A DNA stretch of 63,356 bases, counting the filler, from Welwitschia mirabilis (lineage: Eukaryota), in the NCBI GenBank assembly GCA_051453625.1. It is 5 parts of one record of this genome, joined end to end, with 100 filler letters (N's around TTAATTAATTAA, not from the genome) between each part and the next. Parts side by side here need not be neighbours in the genome. Positions count along the whole stretch, not along the records: positions 34,383 to 58,439 come from JBOZIK010000001.1; 4 more parts are not named here. One strand, 5' to 3'. Of the stretch, positions 40,226-51,655 are shown piece after piece; the first letter of the stretch is position 1, and the number at the start of each line of letters is the position of its first letter. The notes under the pieces are model-generated. The model saw only the letters and a program-made list of their open reading frames with translations, did no database searches and was not told where the DNA came from. The translations under genes were made by a program, and so were the position numbers.

Positions 40226-41099
40226 CATAGTAATAAGAGAGAAAGGAATACATTTCCCAAAATATTTGAACATTGAACAAATAGAAATGAGTGTCTTGTT
40301 ATAACACAAATATACATGTCTATGTAATAAATGAAGTACATCACAGTATACGAATAAGGTTTCCCATGAATTTACTTTTTTAAAAAGGCGGAAAAATTAA
40401 GCACATACATACCTGCATATTGTTTGATATTTATAATAAAAGTAGCTCCATCAAACTTGCCTCTCTTTATGAAACATCTATCAAGCATGTTTTGTTGTGT
40501 TGAATGCACACTGCTAAATGCTAAAATTTTTTGATGCAATTATGAGTACTTTATTCTTTGCATACCATATGAGTTCTAAAGAAAACTAGTAGTCCCTTAG
40601 AACATGTAATAAGAAATGGACCTTTAACATGGAATTCAAACCCAGGATGAACTATAACTAGATATGCAATAAATAAATGCATTGACAAACTTGAACCTTG
40701 ATGTTCATCAAACCCAAGCTATGGGCTATGGCTCTACTCATGCATCTGTCATTGAAAGATGAGTAAATCAACTAACCGCTTGAATATATGTCATTAGAGG
40801 TTGGAATTATAAAAAGTTCTTGCATAAAATCCACAATAAATTAAAAAGAAGAAGAGAAAATAAAACTAGAAGAACCTAAGGCATAAATGGAAGAATAAAT
40901 GATTCATTATCAAGATTGATGATTAATGATTAATCTTCCAATTAATTCTGTAGCAAAACTACTCTTTTCTCATTATTTCCTTAATCGTTCTTTTCTCCCT
41001 CTTACAAATTTGAAATTAGTGATATATCTCTAATGGGAATAGCTCAAACTTATTTTTTTTAATTTTGAAGTTCAAAAACAAGGATGTTATAATGTTCTC

Positions 41100-41430
41100 A
41101 TGAAAATCTACATAATTTTGAATAGTTGCATCTTTTAGTGCACACAGTCTTTCCATCTAGCCTTAGTATTACGAGAGACAGAATGCCAATAATAGAATAG
41201 TGGTTCTTTAGCTTTTTTGTTTCCTTTGCAAATGGCACAAATGCATCAGGAGTCATGTCACCTAAACAAAACACAATTTCAAATAGCTCTCCTCTACTTC
41301 TGAGTTCATTGTAGCTCTTCACAAGATAGGGAGTGAAACTTCTATATGGACCACCCTAGTGTGGGTCAAAAAACTGACCTGAGCCTTTCCTTCAAGTTTA
41401 GAAAGAGGTACATGTCCAAGACCATCAGAA
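41100..41430 (-). pseudogene. NRX1: Nucleoredoxin (tryparedoxin-like thioredoxin domain) gene fragment
   Basis: VPLSKLEGK / FF.PH*GGPYRSFTPYLVKSYNELRSRGELFEIVF...VPF...IIGILSLVILRLDGKTV. The WCxPC site is destroyed; frameshift and internal deletion. Confidence 0.82.
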
Positions 41431-42781
41431 TATTAGAACTTATACCAAATAATATTCCAGGTGATCCATGATCTCATTCAAAAATTATAAAACTATTAGT
41501 AGAATAGCTAAGAACCCAAAATCAAAAGATGGCTTAATTCCTTAAAATACAAAAAGGATTTAACTAACACAAATAATACAAAATGGACATATATCATCTT
41601 TAATCACATATCAAAACCCAAAAAAAAACCATTAAACACTATAGATTTACCAAAATTTTGAAAACAAAACATCAAACGTATTTTTCACCATGGCCAATTA
41701 GGAACTCTCTCACAACTCCAATTGCATTTATGCCAAGTCCTTCATCCTTTTAAAAAGGAAAATCTTAGTTAAACTAGTGAGCATACTTCTAAATTTCTTT
41801 GAGTACCAATCAGAAGAATTGTTTTCAGTTTCTTTGTATTGCAAGCTATTGCATCAGTAAGATTTGAAATGTAATGGTTGCCTTGTATAGCAGTACATTT
41901 TATTCCATCATTTTCCATTTTGATGTTATTTGGGGTTTTAGTTTTTCCTCCTCAAATTCCATGCCTATGCTTTGTGTGCCAGTGTTATGGAATTGGGGTT
42001 TGGCTCTGTGTGATCGCTAGTGGTTATGGCTAAAGACTTATAAGGATAGAAGAATGCTATTGTTGGAAGCTAAATAGCTTTTCCAGGATGTACTAAATTT
42101 TAATCCAAAACTTATCCAAGTAGAAATGGCCATGATTTCTTATACAATTGAGTTAGAAGAATTGGAAGAGCACCAACTGTGATTATTATCAAGATAGGAA
42201 TAGAGAAGATTTAAATTTCAGTGAGTTTGTCCAATAATGGTTTCTTTAACTCTATATATCTTTGTCTTGTGTGCCCAAGAAGAATATTGTTTTGGTTTCT
42301 AATTCAAGGCAAATAGGGTCTGTGTGAATTTATTTTAAATATTAAAGAGATATTGACCATTACTGTGAATTTGAAAGAGATTAAATTATATCAAAGAAAG
42401 ATATTTGGAAACTAGAATTTAAGTTCTAATGAGCAAACTTTTCAAAATTCAACTACATATAGGACCTTCAACACAAGCTTTTGAGATTAAATAAATGTAA
42501 ACATGCTTGTAGCTAATTATGCAACATTCTATAGCAGAGAGATAACAATTGTTTTGAAATAATGGCTGTCATTATTTGTCGTTTGGACATACAAACAAGT
42601 AAACATTGCAATGCAGTTAATATTTTTTTTTTTAAAAAGCTTATTTTTATACAAGAATAATCCTCCATAACTCTTATATTGCATGAGCATTTTAATGAGA
42701 ACATTCTGACAACAAAAGAGTATTGTGTCTTGAGTTATAGGTTGGGCATTTGTGGACGAGTCGATAGGGCTAATGATTTTG

Positions 42782-43190
42782 TTTTCTAATAAAGAATGTT
42801 ATTCATTAACTCTAAGAAGATGCCACCATTATAGATGCCCTATAGATGGCAATAAACTCCTTATTATGGTGCATTCAAAAAAATTCAAGGAGAACAAGTT
42901 GATGTAGTAATGAGACAACATAAACTAGAATGTGAACAATAAGGAATTTAGTGATAACTATTTGAGGCAAGAAGGGATCTGTATAATCTTGTACCCTTTA
43001 GAAGACATTCTACTAATGAAGCACAATTCTCTATATTCATAAGACCTAAAGTTGAAGAAAAAAATGTACAATATAAAGCTAAAATAGCTTAGCTGAAAAA
43101 GAAGCTTAAAAAATTTGGGATATATGGGTTGTTTGCCTACAAAGCTTTGCATTATGTAGTTAAGCATGCTAAAAATGTTTTGGATTAAAT
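42782..43190 (+). repeat. ~400-bp direct repeat, copy 2
   Basis: Matches 38320-38728. Confidence 0.9.
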
Positions 43191-45995
43191 CATTGATCCT
43201 TATTAAGATATCAAGTATAGAAACCTACGATATACTATAACTTGTCAAATGGAAGAAAAATATATATTTTGTAACCAACTTTTTTTATTACTTATAATAG
43301 AATAAGTCTTATAAATTATATCCAAGAGAATCTTATCTCATGTTTAGCATGCCTATGCCTATAATTACTTACTAGTTGTGTTCCTTACATTACCCAATTA
43401 CATGCCATTGATTTTCATATCAATGTTCTTATGTAGATGGATATTGTTGTCAGAGATATGCTTCACTAGAGGCTCTACTGACTTTGAAGGCTTGACGAGT
43501 AGGATAACACATGCTATTTTTGTGTAGAAGTTAAGACATTTGAATTAATCGTCATTAATAATAAACATAGTTTTATCTAAACCTTACACATATGAAAAAA
43601 GGATTGCAAGATGAAGCTAGCTATAATGCAGGTAGTAGCAAGGAAGGTTCAAAAGGAAACGACTATGGGAATAGACATGTAAGACAAACTAGCAAGATAA
43701 AGGAGGTAACTAGAAGAAAAAGTATTAAGAAAGTGGATCTAACAAGAAGACAAAAATCATATTAAGAGATGTTAGATGAGTGGCATAATGCATTTGAATG
43801 TAAATTCATTTATTAGAAACTTCAAAAGATGTGTTAGGCACATCAAGTAGAGGAGACAGAGAAGGTGTCAAAATATTTTAATAGGAAGAAAAGATCCACA
43901 TTCTATGAGATATTTGTGAAGGAGAGAAGTGGAGAAAATGTTAAACCTAGTGGATCTTGTGAACAATGTACTAGAGCAAGTCTTGCAGATATGATATGTT
44001 GTATAAATTTAGTTGTGAATATTGTAGCATATTGTTGGTTAATGCATACTAAAGCAACACGACAAATGTAAGAAAGGCCTTGTCACATAGGTTAAACAAC
44101 ATTCTCCAAAACAGAGTTAAGATGACAAATAGGAACTCATGACCCATGTTGGGTATAATAATAGTGTTTGTGAAATATTTAAATAGATTAGTTAGATGGT
44201 GGTTGAGATGTTCTGTATAGTTTTGGCTTGAAACAAAATCTATTTTCATTGAGTACATTGGGTTGGAAAAGCTTTGATTTTGTGATGATAACGACATATG
44301 AAAAAGTAAAGATTATTAGGGAAAGTTAAACATATCTCATAAGCCAATTGAATAGGAATCTAATTTACTTAAATGATAGAGCATCAACATGTCAAGAAGA
44401 AGAGTAATTCTTTTAAGTATTAAAGAATAAGCATTCAATTATGTGATTACACAAGTGCATAATCCAGAAAAGCTTCTTGAGTAAGAGCCATGCTTCTTAA
44501 GTGGTTTTGCAAGGGAGGACAATCTTCGAACAAATGAAAAAACATATTCTTAATCAAATGCAAAATCACTTTGTTGACTATCAATCAATGTGTGTAGTTA
44601 AGTTTAAGGAAGAAAAAAGACACAATCCGTTGGTGTGTTAAAAGGGGTAGTAGGAAAGACAAAAGTAAGAGAAAGGAATGATGCTAAGGGCTTCGTGGAG
44701 TTTTGGGAAGGCGTTGCAAAATGCTTGGAAGCTAATGTCAATAGATTGCATGCTATAACAAAGAGGAGAAGAGATTTTGGTAGAAACAGAGCTGGCTTTC
44801 ACAACGTATAGAAATTATAATGAGAAGGAATAGACATATGTCTATACTGATTTAATTACAACCTATCACATGTTTATGTAAGAGAATCTCCAAAGCCACC
44901 ACACAACACAGTGAAACTTTATCAATGGTAACAAAATAAAAGTAACCAAAATCTAAAATGAAATTTTTTTATTATCGACGAAACCTCATAATAACAATAG
45001 TGGTAATGAAAAAGAACTTGGGGTAAAAAAATTCACTTGAGATTCATAAACGAAGAGCTTCGGGTCCACCACCAAGAACCGGAAGACGCCATTTATTAGA
45101 AAACTCTTCAATGTACGACATTTACAATTATCACTTTAGAAAAGTGTGCGTGGTAAGAGCCCACCATTTATCACAAAATGTCGTGGTTTACGATTGCCAG
45201 TGTCTCATTTGTGCATCATGCTTTTCCTGTGATGCAACGCAAGAGATCTTCATCGTCTCCTCACTTGATGAGGCTTTGGGCTTTTCAGTTGCCGTCAGTC
45301 AGTTATGGCTTTTCCATTAGTCTCGATCTGAACAAAACGATTCTCAATTTTCTTTTTGTGTTTCTTTTGAGGATTCGTTTCCTTGGGAAACGTCCTCTCA
45401 CCAACGCTGCCCCTCGCACTGCCTCAACACTTCACTCTTGGTGGAACGAAACACAAATAATAGAAAAACATTCAGTCGCCTCCGAAATGGGGATGTACGC
45501 TTTGCACTGTGCGACACAGGAATCAGACAAGCATAAAAAAGAGCAGTGAGTGCGCGGCGACACTGCTCGTGGATCCTCACTCCTCTCACGCATCTGCGTC
45601 TTGTTTCGTGTGTGATATGGTACTGTTGGTGATGTTCATAAAGGCCGACTGACCAATCTTGCCCAAGCATCTTTCATTGCTTCGTTCAACGGTTCCACCA
45701 AGTGGTTGTCACCTGAAAATAGACACTGCTCTCACCCTCCATGTGCTAACAGCTTCCTTCGCTCTTGTCATTTGTGCGTTATGTGATTTCACAACGCAGT
45801 CTGTTGGGTTCGTTGGACTACTTTACTTTCTCGATTCTCCGTTTGACTGCAATCAAAATCACAACAACGATAACAACCCATCCCCACCGCTTTTATTCTC
45901 CCACCAGACCGAATACATTTCAAGATTCGCAGTCTAAAATGACTTCAGCTTTCCTCATGTTCAGGCGGAGATCGCGTGCGCGGGAGCACCATCCC

Positions 45996-46107
45996 ATGAC
46001 TATGAGAATGGAGACGAAACGCGAGCCTTCTCTTCTTCTGCCTTTGTTTCTGCTTTTCGTTTTTTGGTCGGTCTGCGCGGAGGGTTCAGACAAGGGTGAA
46101 GACAATG
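45996..46107 (+). CDS. GH10 xylanase exon 1 (signal peptide)
   Basis: MTMRMETKREPSLLLPLFLLFVFWSVCAEGSDKGEDN, then G|gtatat donor (phase 1). Confidence 0.7.
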
Positions 46108-48312
46108 GTATATGTACGTTCCCATCCCCTGTTAATTGAAACAACATCATGTTGAATTTTTGAAGCAGCCACACATACTGACTTAGAGGGAGCACCTAAA
46201 TCTGAACTTTACAATTTGACAGCATATCAGATATTCTACGACGATTTCGCTTCAACTGAGGTACGTAAAACTCTTTTTTCAAAATGAAAACAAATGAGGC
46301 AGATTTGAATGATATTGAAGAGTGAGACGCAGTGCGAGGTATCGCCGAGGGAAGCGTTGTACAAAGGAGGCATTGTTGTGAATCCGAGCTTTGACAATGG
46401 AAGCCACGGCTGGAGCTCCCTCTTCCACAGCCTTCGAGTCGAATCCCCCAAAAACTGCGCTTCATACCTCGTTGCCCCTCCCTCTGCTTTGCCTTCACAA
46501 CCAATTCAGAATTCCTTAAAACGCGAGCACAAATACTCTCTCTCTGGTCTCCTCTCCTCTCTTCTCTCAACCATTTGATATTATTGCTCCTCTTCTGTCA
46601 TATGTGTGAACAATTCAGTTTGCTGCGTGCAGCGTGGGCACAAATAAGAGGAGACCCACAATCGGCATTGGTAAGAGCTAGCGTTGTCTGGAAAGATGAG
46701 AGCAACAAAAGCGTCATCGTTTGTGCAGGCACTGTCATTGCCAGACCGGGATGCTGGTCTTTTCTCAAGGGAGGCTTCGTTCCCGACTCCGACTACGCTC
46801 CATTCCGCTCCATTCTCTTTTTCCAGGTACCCATCCCGGATTTCCCTATTCTGTACCACGTCCCAATGTCTTCTGCGCATCTGAAACAGTCATTTTGATT
46901 GAAGACGAACAGTACAGAAGGCGAGTTGCTGTTGGACAGCGTGTCTCTGCAGCCGTTCACGGACGAACAGTGGCGATCTCAGCAACAGCACCGTATCGAT
47001 AGAGTAAGCCCCAATTTTACATTCTGTTTGAGATTTGACAGATGAAAAGCATAAATTAACGAGGGAATTGAAATATGATAGCAGAAAAGGAAGAGAAGGG
47101 TCATAGTTCATGTGAGCGATGTCGAAGGAAACGCGTTGGAAGGCGCACAAGTCACACTCACGCAGAAGTCCTGGGAGTTCCCATTTGGTTCTGCGATTGC
47201 CTACCCAATCTGGTCCAACAAAGCATATCAGGTTTGTGTTTCTAACAGAAAGATATCTTACATGAAATCAAGATAAAGTTCAGTTCATTAAAACAGAAGA
47301 TTAAAAAACATTCCAGAGATGGTTCGTGGAGCGCTTCAACACGGCAGTGCTGGAGAACGAGCTGAAATGGTACTGGACAGAGGCGAAGCAGGGCTCCGAG
47401 AACTACAGCGCGGCAGACGCCATGGTAAAGTGGTGTATGTCGATGGGCATTGGAGTGAGAGGCCACAACATCTTCTGGGAAGACCCTCGCTACATCCCCG
47501 CTTGGCTCAAGTCCTTGCGCGGCGCTCCTCTGCACTCCGCCGTCTTAAAGAGAATCCGCTCTCTCGTCGATCGCTACGCTGGCAAATTCCTGAGCTGGGA
47601 CGTTAGCAACGAGCTCCTCCATTTCTCCTTCTACGAAGATAGACTCGGCCCAAACGCATCCGCTGTGATGTTCGATGTGGCGCGGCAGCATGACCCATGG
47701 ACGCCCATGTTCATGAACGACTACAACGTCATCGAGACATGCCATGACTCTCTCTCTACCGTCGATTCCTACATCGCTAAGCTTCGCGATTTCATGGCAT
47801 CCGCCGGCGCGCCTCTCGTGGGGGGAATCGGCTTAGAGAGCCACTTCAGCAAGCCCAATATTCCTCTGATGAGAGCCATCCTTGACAAGCTTGGCACGGT
47901 TGGGCTACCTGTCTGGCTTACCGAGATTGATGTTAGCAACTCTTTCGATCCGCAGACCCAGGCTGTTTTTCTCGAGGAGATTCTAAGAGAGGGATTTTCT
48001 CATCCGGCTGTCGAGGGAATGGTCATGTGGACGGCTTTACATCCGGGGCGAGGATGTTATCAGATGTGCTTGACCGACGACAATCTTAATAACTTGCCGG
48101 CTGGTTCGACCGTCGACACTCTTATCGCCGAGTGGAGCACCAAAGTAAGCAGTGCTACAGACCGCAACGGATGTGTCAAGTTTGATGCTTTCAGGGGTTC
48201 CTATCTCATCTCTGCTTCTGCTAATGCTAATGCTACCTTCAAGAAAAGAGAAACACTTCAACATTCCATTTCTTCTGGTTCCGCTGTCCAACATATCTAC
48301 ATTCAGCTTTAG
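45996..48312 (+). CDS. Secreted glycoside hydrolase family 10 endo-1,4-beta-xylanase (plant XYN5-like: signal peptide, CBM-like N-terminal domain, GH10 catalytic domain), 7 exons, about 599 aa
   Basis: Manually spliced exons 45996-46107, 46223-46260, 46333-46546, 46633-46826, 46905-47003, 47085-47231 and 47317-48312. All introns are GT-AG and phase-consistent, total 1800 nt. Hydrophobic N-terminus (SLLLPLFLLFVFWSVCA). Plant GH10 motifs YDDFASTEC..P...LYKGGIVVNP, GCWSFLKGG, DSVSLQPFT, FPFGSAI, FNTAVLENELKW, RGHNIFW, WDVSNE (acid/base Glu), GLESHF, WLTE (nucleophile Glu). The start could also be in-frame ATG 45939, 46002 or 46008. Exon 1 has an alternative same-phase donor at 46114. Confidence 0.93.
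46223..46260 (+). CDS. GH10 xylanase exon 2
   Basis: ttgacag|CA TAT CAG ATA TTC TAC GAC GAT TTC GCT TCA ACT GAG|gtacgt; matches the YDxSATxE motif before the conserved Cys. Confidence 0.8.
46333..46546 (+). CDS. GH10 xylanase exon 3
   Basis: gcag|TGC start; CEVSPREALYKGGIVVNP...KYSLS; G|gt donor. Confidence 0.85.
46633..46826 (+). CDS. GH10 xylanase exon 4
   Basis: tgcag|CG TGG; AWAQI...GCWSFLKGGF...ILFFQ|gtaccc. Confidence 0.88.
46905..47003 (+). CDS. GH10 xylanase exon 5
   Basis: gaag|ACG; TNSTEGELLLDSVSLQPFTDEQWRSQQQHRIDR|gtaagc. Confidence 0.85.
47085..47231 (+). CDS. GH10 xylanase exon 6
   Basis: tagcag|AAA; KRKRRVIVHV...FPFGSAIAYPIWSNKAYQ|gtttgt. Confidence 0.88.
47317..48312 (+). 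CDS. GH10 xylanase exon 7 (catalytic domain)
   Basis: ccag|AGA TGG TTC; open to TAG; contains both catalytic glutamates (ORF 47326-48312). Confidence 0.95.
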   Translation, partial: RWFVERFNTAVLENELKWYWTEAKQGSENYSAADAMVKWCMSMGIGVRGHNIFWEDPRYIPAWLKSLRGAPLHSAVLKRIRSLVDRYAGKFLSWDVSNELLHFSFYEDRLGPNASAVMFDVARQHDPWTPMFMNDYNVIETCHDSLSTVDSYIAKLRDFMASAGAPLVGGIGLESHFSKPNIPLMRAILDKLGTVGLPVWLTEIDVSNSFDPQTQAVFLEEILREGFSHPAVEGMVMWTALHPGRGCYQMCLTDDNLNNLPAGSTVDTLIAEWSTKVSSATDRNGCVKFDAFRGSYLISASANANATFKKRETLQHSISSGSAVQHIYIQL

Positions 48313-49436
48313 TTTCGACCACTTCTCTCTTTCCTTTCTGCAATCTGGAACAAGTTCGGCAAGCTAACGCGACATCGGTAAAATTCGTCGACTCCGTGAG
48401 AGGGAAAAGTCCGTGGAGCCAGAGGCTTCTTTTCGGTCCTTTGTGTGAGATTGGGGATAGGGATAGGACGCCTTTACTAAGTTCATAGGTTTTCGCGCAT
48501 AGAGAGAGAAGCAGCGTAACGGAATAGTCATGTGAGACAAATGCTTGTGGCATTTTGGAATTACAGATCTAACTATGGAATTTGTTTTTGTGTTTATGAA
48601 CTATAATTTTGTCACGTTTTTAGAAGTGCGTTTTTGAAACTAATGAACATCTAAAGCATTTTAGCTATTACCTTTTAAATGCGATATCAAAATTTCTAAA
48701 AAATGTAAGCGTTTTCTTTTAGTTGAAAGACGTTTTCAAGAATTGAGCTCATAACTTTATAGTCACAAGAGCATTACTCTACACTTAAGATTGATGTGGA
48801 TGGCTTCACATAAAGTATTTGTGTTAAACATGAATCCTTTGTATTCCGATTGCAAATATTTTACTTAAAAAACAAAAAAAAGGAGCTACAACGCATAAAC
48901 ATTATGACTTCAAATTTCAATGGATTTGAAACAATGCTAACCTTATTCAATTGTACTTAAAAAAGCAGTATGTATGTAAAGCTATTTAATTTTAGAATTG
49001 CATTTGGATGGGGTTTTCCTTCGGGTTGCTATGGTTTACCCCAAAAAATATTTCCCTTCTGTGTTTGCATTATTGCAACTGCATTGATCCTTCATCCTTC
49101 AACAATTAAAGGGGAAAATGTTAAAATACATATTCTGTTCCCAATACAGAAGGATGTAAGATTACTCTAGATAGTTTGGTGTTTAATCTCCTATGTCTTA
49201 TCGTAATAATCATTTGAAATACAAATATTGTTTTAAGAAACTCTTCCAAATATTTTTTTGTGTTTCCTTTTTTACCTATTGTAGTCTCAGGTACATTTTT
49301 CTGCATAACATTACTTATGGATTTCTTTAAAAATGTCCTTGAAAAAAATGAGAAAACTGAAGGAAGAGGAAAGAAGAGGAATAAAACACATTCTTTCTTT
49401 AATATATCTTTACTAACCATGCAAAATCAGACAATG

Positions 49437-51655
49437 TGATAATAAGTACTAAATGTTGTATAATTCGTTAACACTAAATATGCATTATGCTAGAAGATGC
49501 TAGAAGAAATCTAGTTGAATTGAAAGAAATACATGATGAAAATTCACAAATCAAGAAAACATAAGCATAATAACATAAAGGAAAATAACACTTACTGGTT
49601 TCAGATGCACTAATAATCCTTTCCATTAGTCTTCGATCCAACTACTTATAAATGTGATGTCTTCTCCTCTTTCTTCACTACCTGTTCATGTGTACTTGTA
49701 TCACCCTTACAAGTCCATTTGAATGAATGGAAATTATAAAAAAAAAAAATGGAAAATGGGTCTTAAGAAAATGTAGGAAGTTGAAAATGGATGTATGTGG
49801 TAGAAATGGATGAGAATAAGGAATAGAGAAAACTTCCAAAGCAGCTTGTTCATTTCTCAGGGGTGCATCATCAATCTTATCTCCACTTATTAATTAAACT
49901 CGATCCTAGTACATGACACACATTAGAATAGAGTGCAACCCAAATGTTAAATTAATGAAGTAACTAGAGAATTGGGAAGACCAATTCATTCCAAAGCAAA
50001 GGATAATGTATTTTTGGTTTTTTTAATTATTTAAAAATAAAATTAGTAACGTAAACGATGCAATGATATGAATGACATGTAATGAAAATGTGAATGCAAT
50101 GAAATGAAAATGAAGATGTCCTAAACAAAATCAATTATTAAGTTTACTAATTTGTTGTCATCCAAGTTGCCTTATACTTTATATCAAAATTAGATTCAAT
50201 CTATTAAAGCATTAAATTAACATCAACATAAAGTATAAGGAATATTAAGAGAGAGATATTTGAGATGCAAAGGCATATTTATAAGCAACAACCCCTCAAT
50301 GGAGGATACTTAACCCACCACTAATGAAAGCACTTCTTCCAAATGGATCCCTTGTCCAAGATGCTTCACTTATTACAAGTCACTTTGATGCAAAACAAAA
50401 TGTCAAATGAGATGCCTAAAAGGGGTATTTATAGTTTTACTTTTACTTTAGTGGTTTGAATCACTAGACGGTTAAAACTAAAGGAGTGTGATTCTAATAA
50501 AAAGTTATTGTAATATAATTATTTTTTGAGAAATTATGATCGTTGTTCTTTGAGTCTCGTCTAGATGAAGTGGCAAGGTGAAGGATCAAATAGCCACTAA
50601 CTGCTTGTCACATTGATCAATAGAATCTACCATGAAATGAGGTTTCTGTTAACAATTATTCTAAGAACTTCATCTGAAGGATCATGTGGATGTTACTCCC
50701 TAATCATGAATCGTGGTTTTGTTGAGAGTCATTGTAGGACTTCATCTGGATGTCTAGGGAGACGATCCTTCAAATTGAACTTCCAATTTTCAAACAACTT
50801 CCATCGATTATGAATGAACTTTATTTGATTCCAAATCATTAGAAACATGTAACACCCCAACTTTAATTACCCTAATTAACCATAAAATTTTTTTTTTGTA
50901 TAGTTATTAACTTATCATGCACAANNNNNNNNNNNNNNNNNNNNNNNNNNNNNNNNNNNNNNNNNNNNNNNNNNNNNNNNNNNNNNNNNNNNNNNNNNNN
51001 NNNNNNNNNNNNNNNNNNNNNNNNNNNNNNNNNNNNNNNNNNNNNNNNNNNNNNNNNNNNNNNNNNNNNNNNNNNNNNNNNNNNNNNNNNNNNNNNNNNN
51101 NNNNNNNNNNNNNNNNNNNNNNNNNNNNNNNNNNNNNNNNNNNNNNNNNNNNNNNNNNNNNNNNNNNNNNNNNNNNNNNNNNNNNNNNNNNNNNNNNNNN
51201 NNNNNNNNNNNNNNNNNNNNNNNNNNNNNNNNNNNNNNNNNNNNNNNNNNNNNNNNNNNNNNNNNNNNNNNNNNNNNNNNNNNNNNNNNNNNNNNNNNNN
51301 NNNNNNNNNNNNNNNNNNNNNNNNNNNNNNNNNNNNNNNNNNNNNNNNNNNNNNNNNNNNNNNNNNNNNNNNNCATTAATATCAAAATGTTTTACATAGT
51401 TTAGAAACCCTATTAATTAAAGCTTACAAAATGTGGGTTATAACAAAACATCTCCAAAAACATCTCAAATAGTCATGTGGGTTTTCATTAGGTATCATGA
51501 TGATGGCTAAAGCAACTCCATGTTATCAAATTTTGTCATCATCTTGTCAAATTAGTGTTTTATAACTCTACCAAAAGGACAAAAAATGGATCATGCCTCG
51601 AAAGTCATCCAAAAAGGGTTATAAATGTTAGAAAAATTCAGTCTTTTGTTTATCA
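49437..51655 (-). mobile_element. Solo LTR (Athila-like) containing a nested solo LTR
   Basis: TGATAA...TTATCA termini. Flanks CAATG / TGATG are both derivable from CGATG. Minus-strand TATA (ggggtatttatag at ~50422). Confidence 0.7.
50848..51445. mobile_element. Nested solo LTR (mostly gap)
   Basis: TGTAACACCCC...GGGTTATAACA with a perfect TSD AAACA (50843-50847, 51446-51450). Confidence 0.8.

Noticed and set aside
45111-45937. Several overlapping 69-124 aa ORFs upstream of the xylanase
   Set aside because: No recognisable motifs; expected by chance in the GC-richer promoter island.
47326-48312. GH10 as a horizontally acquired microbial gene because of its high GC
   Set aside because: Domain layout, motifs and intron positions fit the native land-plant GH10 family.
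46196-48553. Antisense and alternative-frame ORFs over the xylanase
   Set aside because: Shadows of the real coding sequence.
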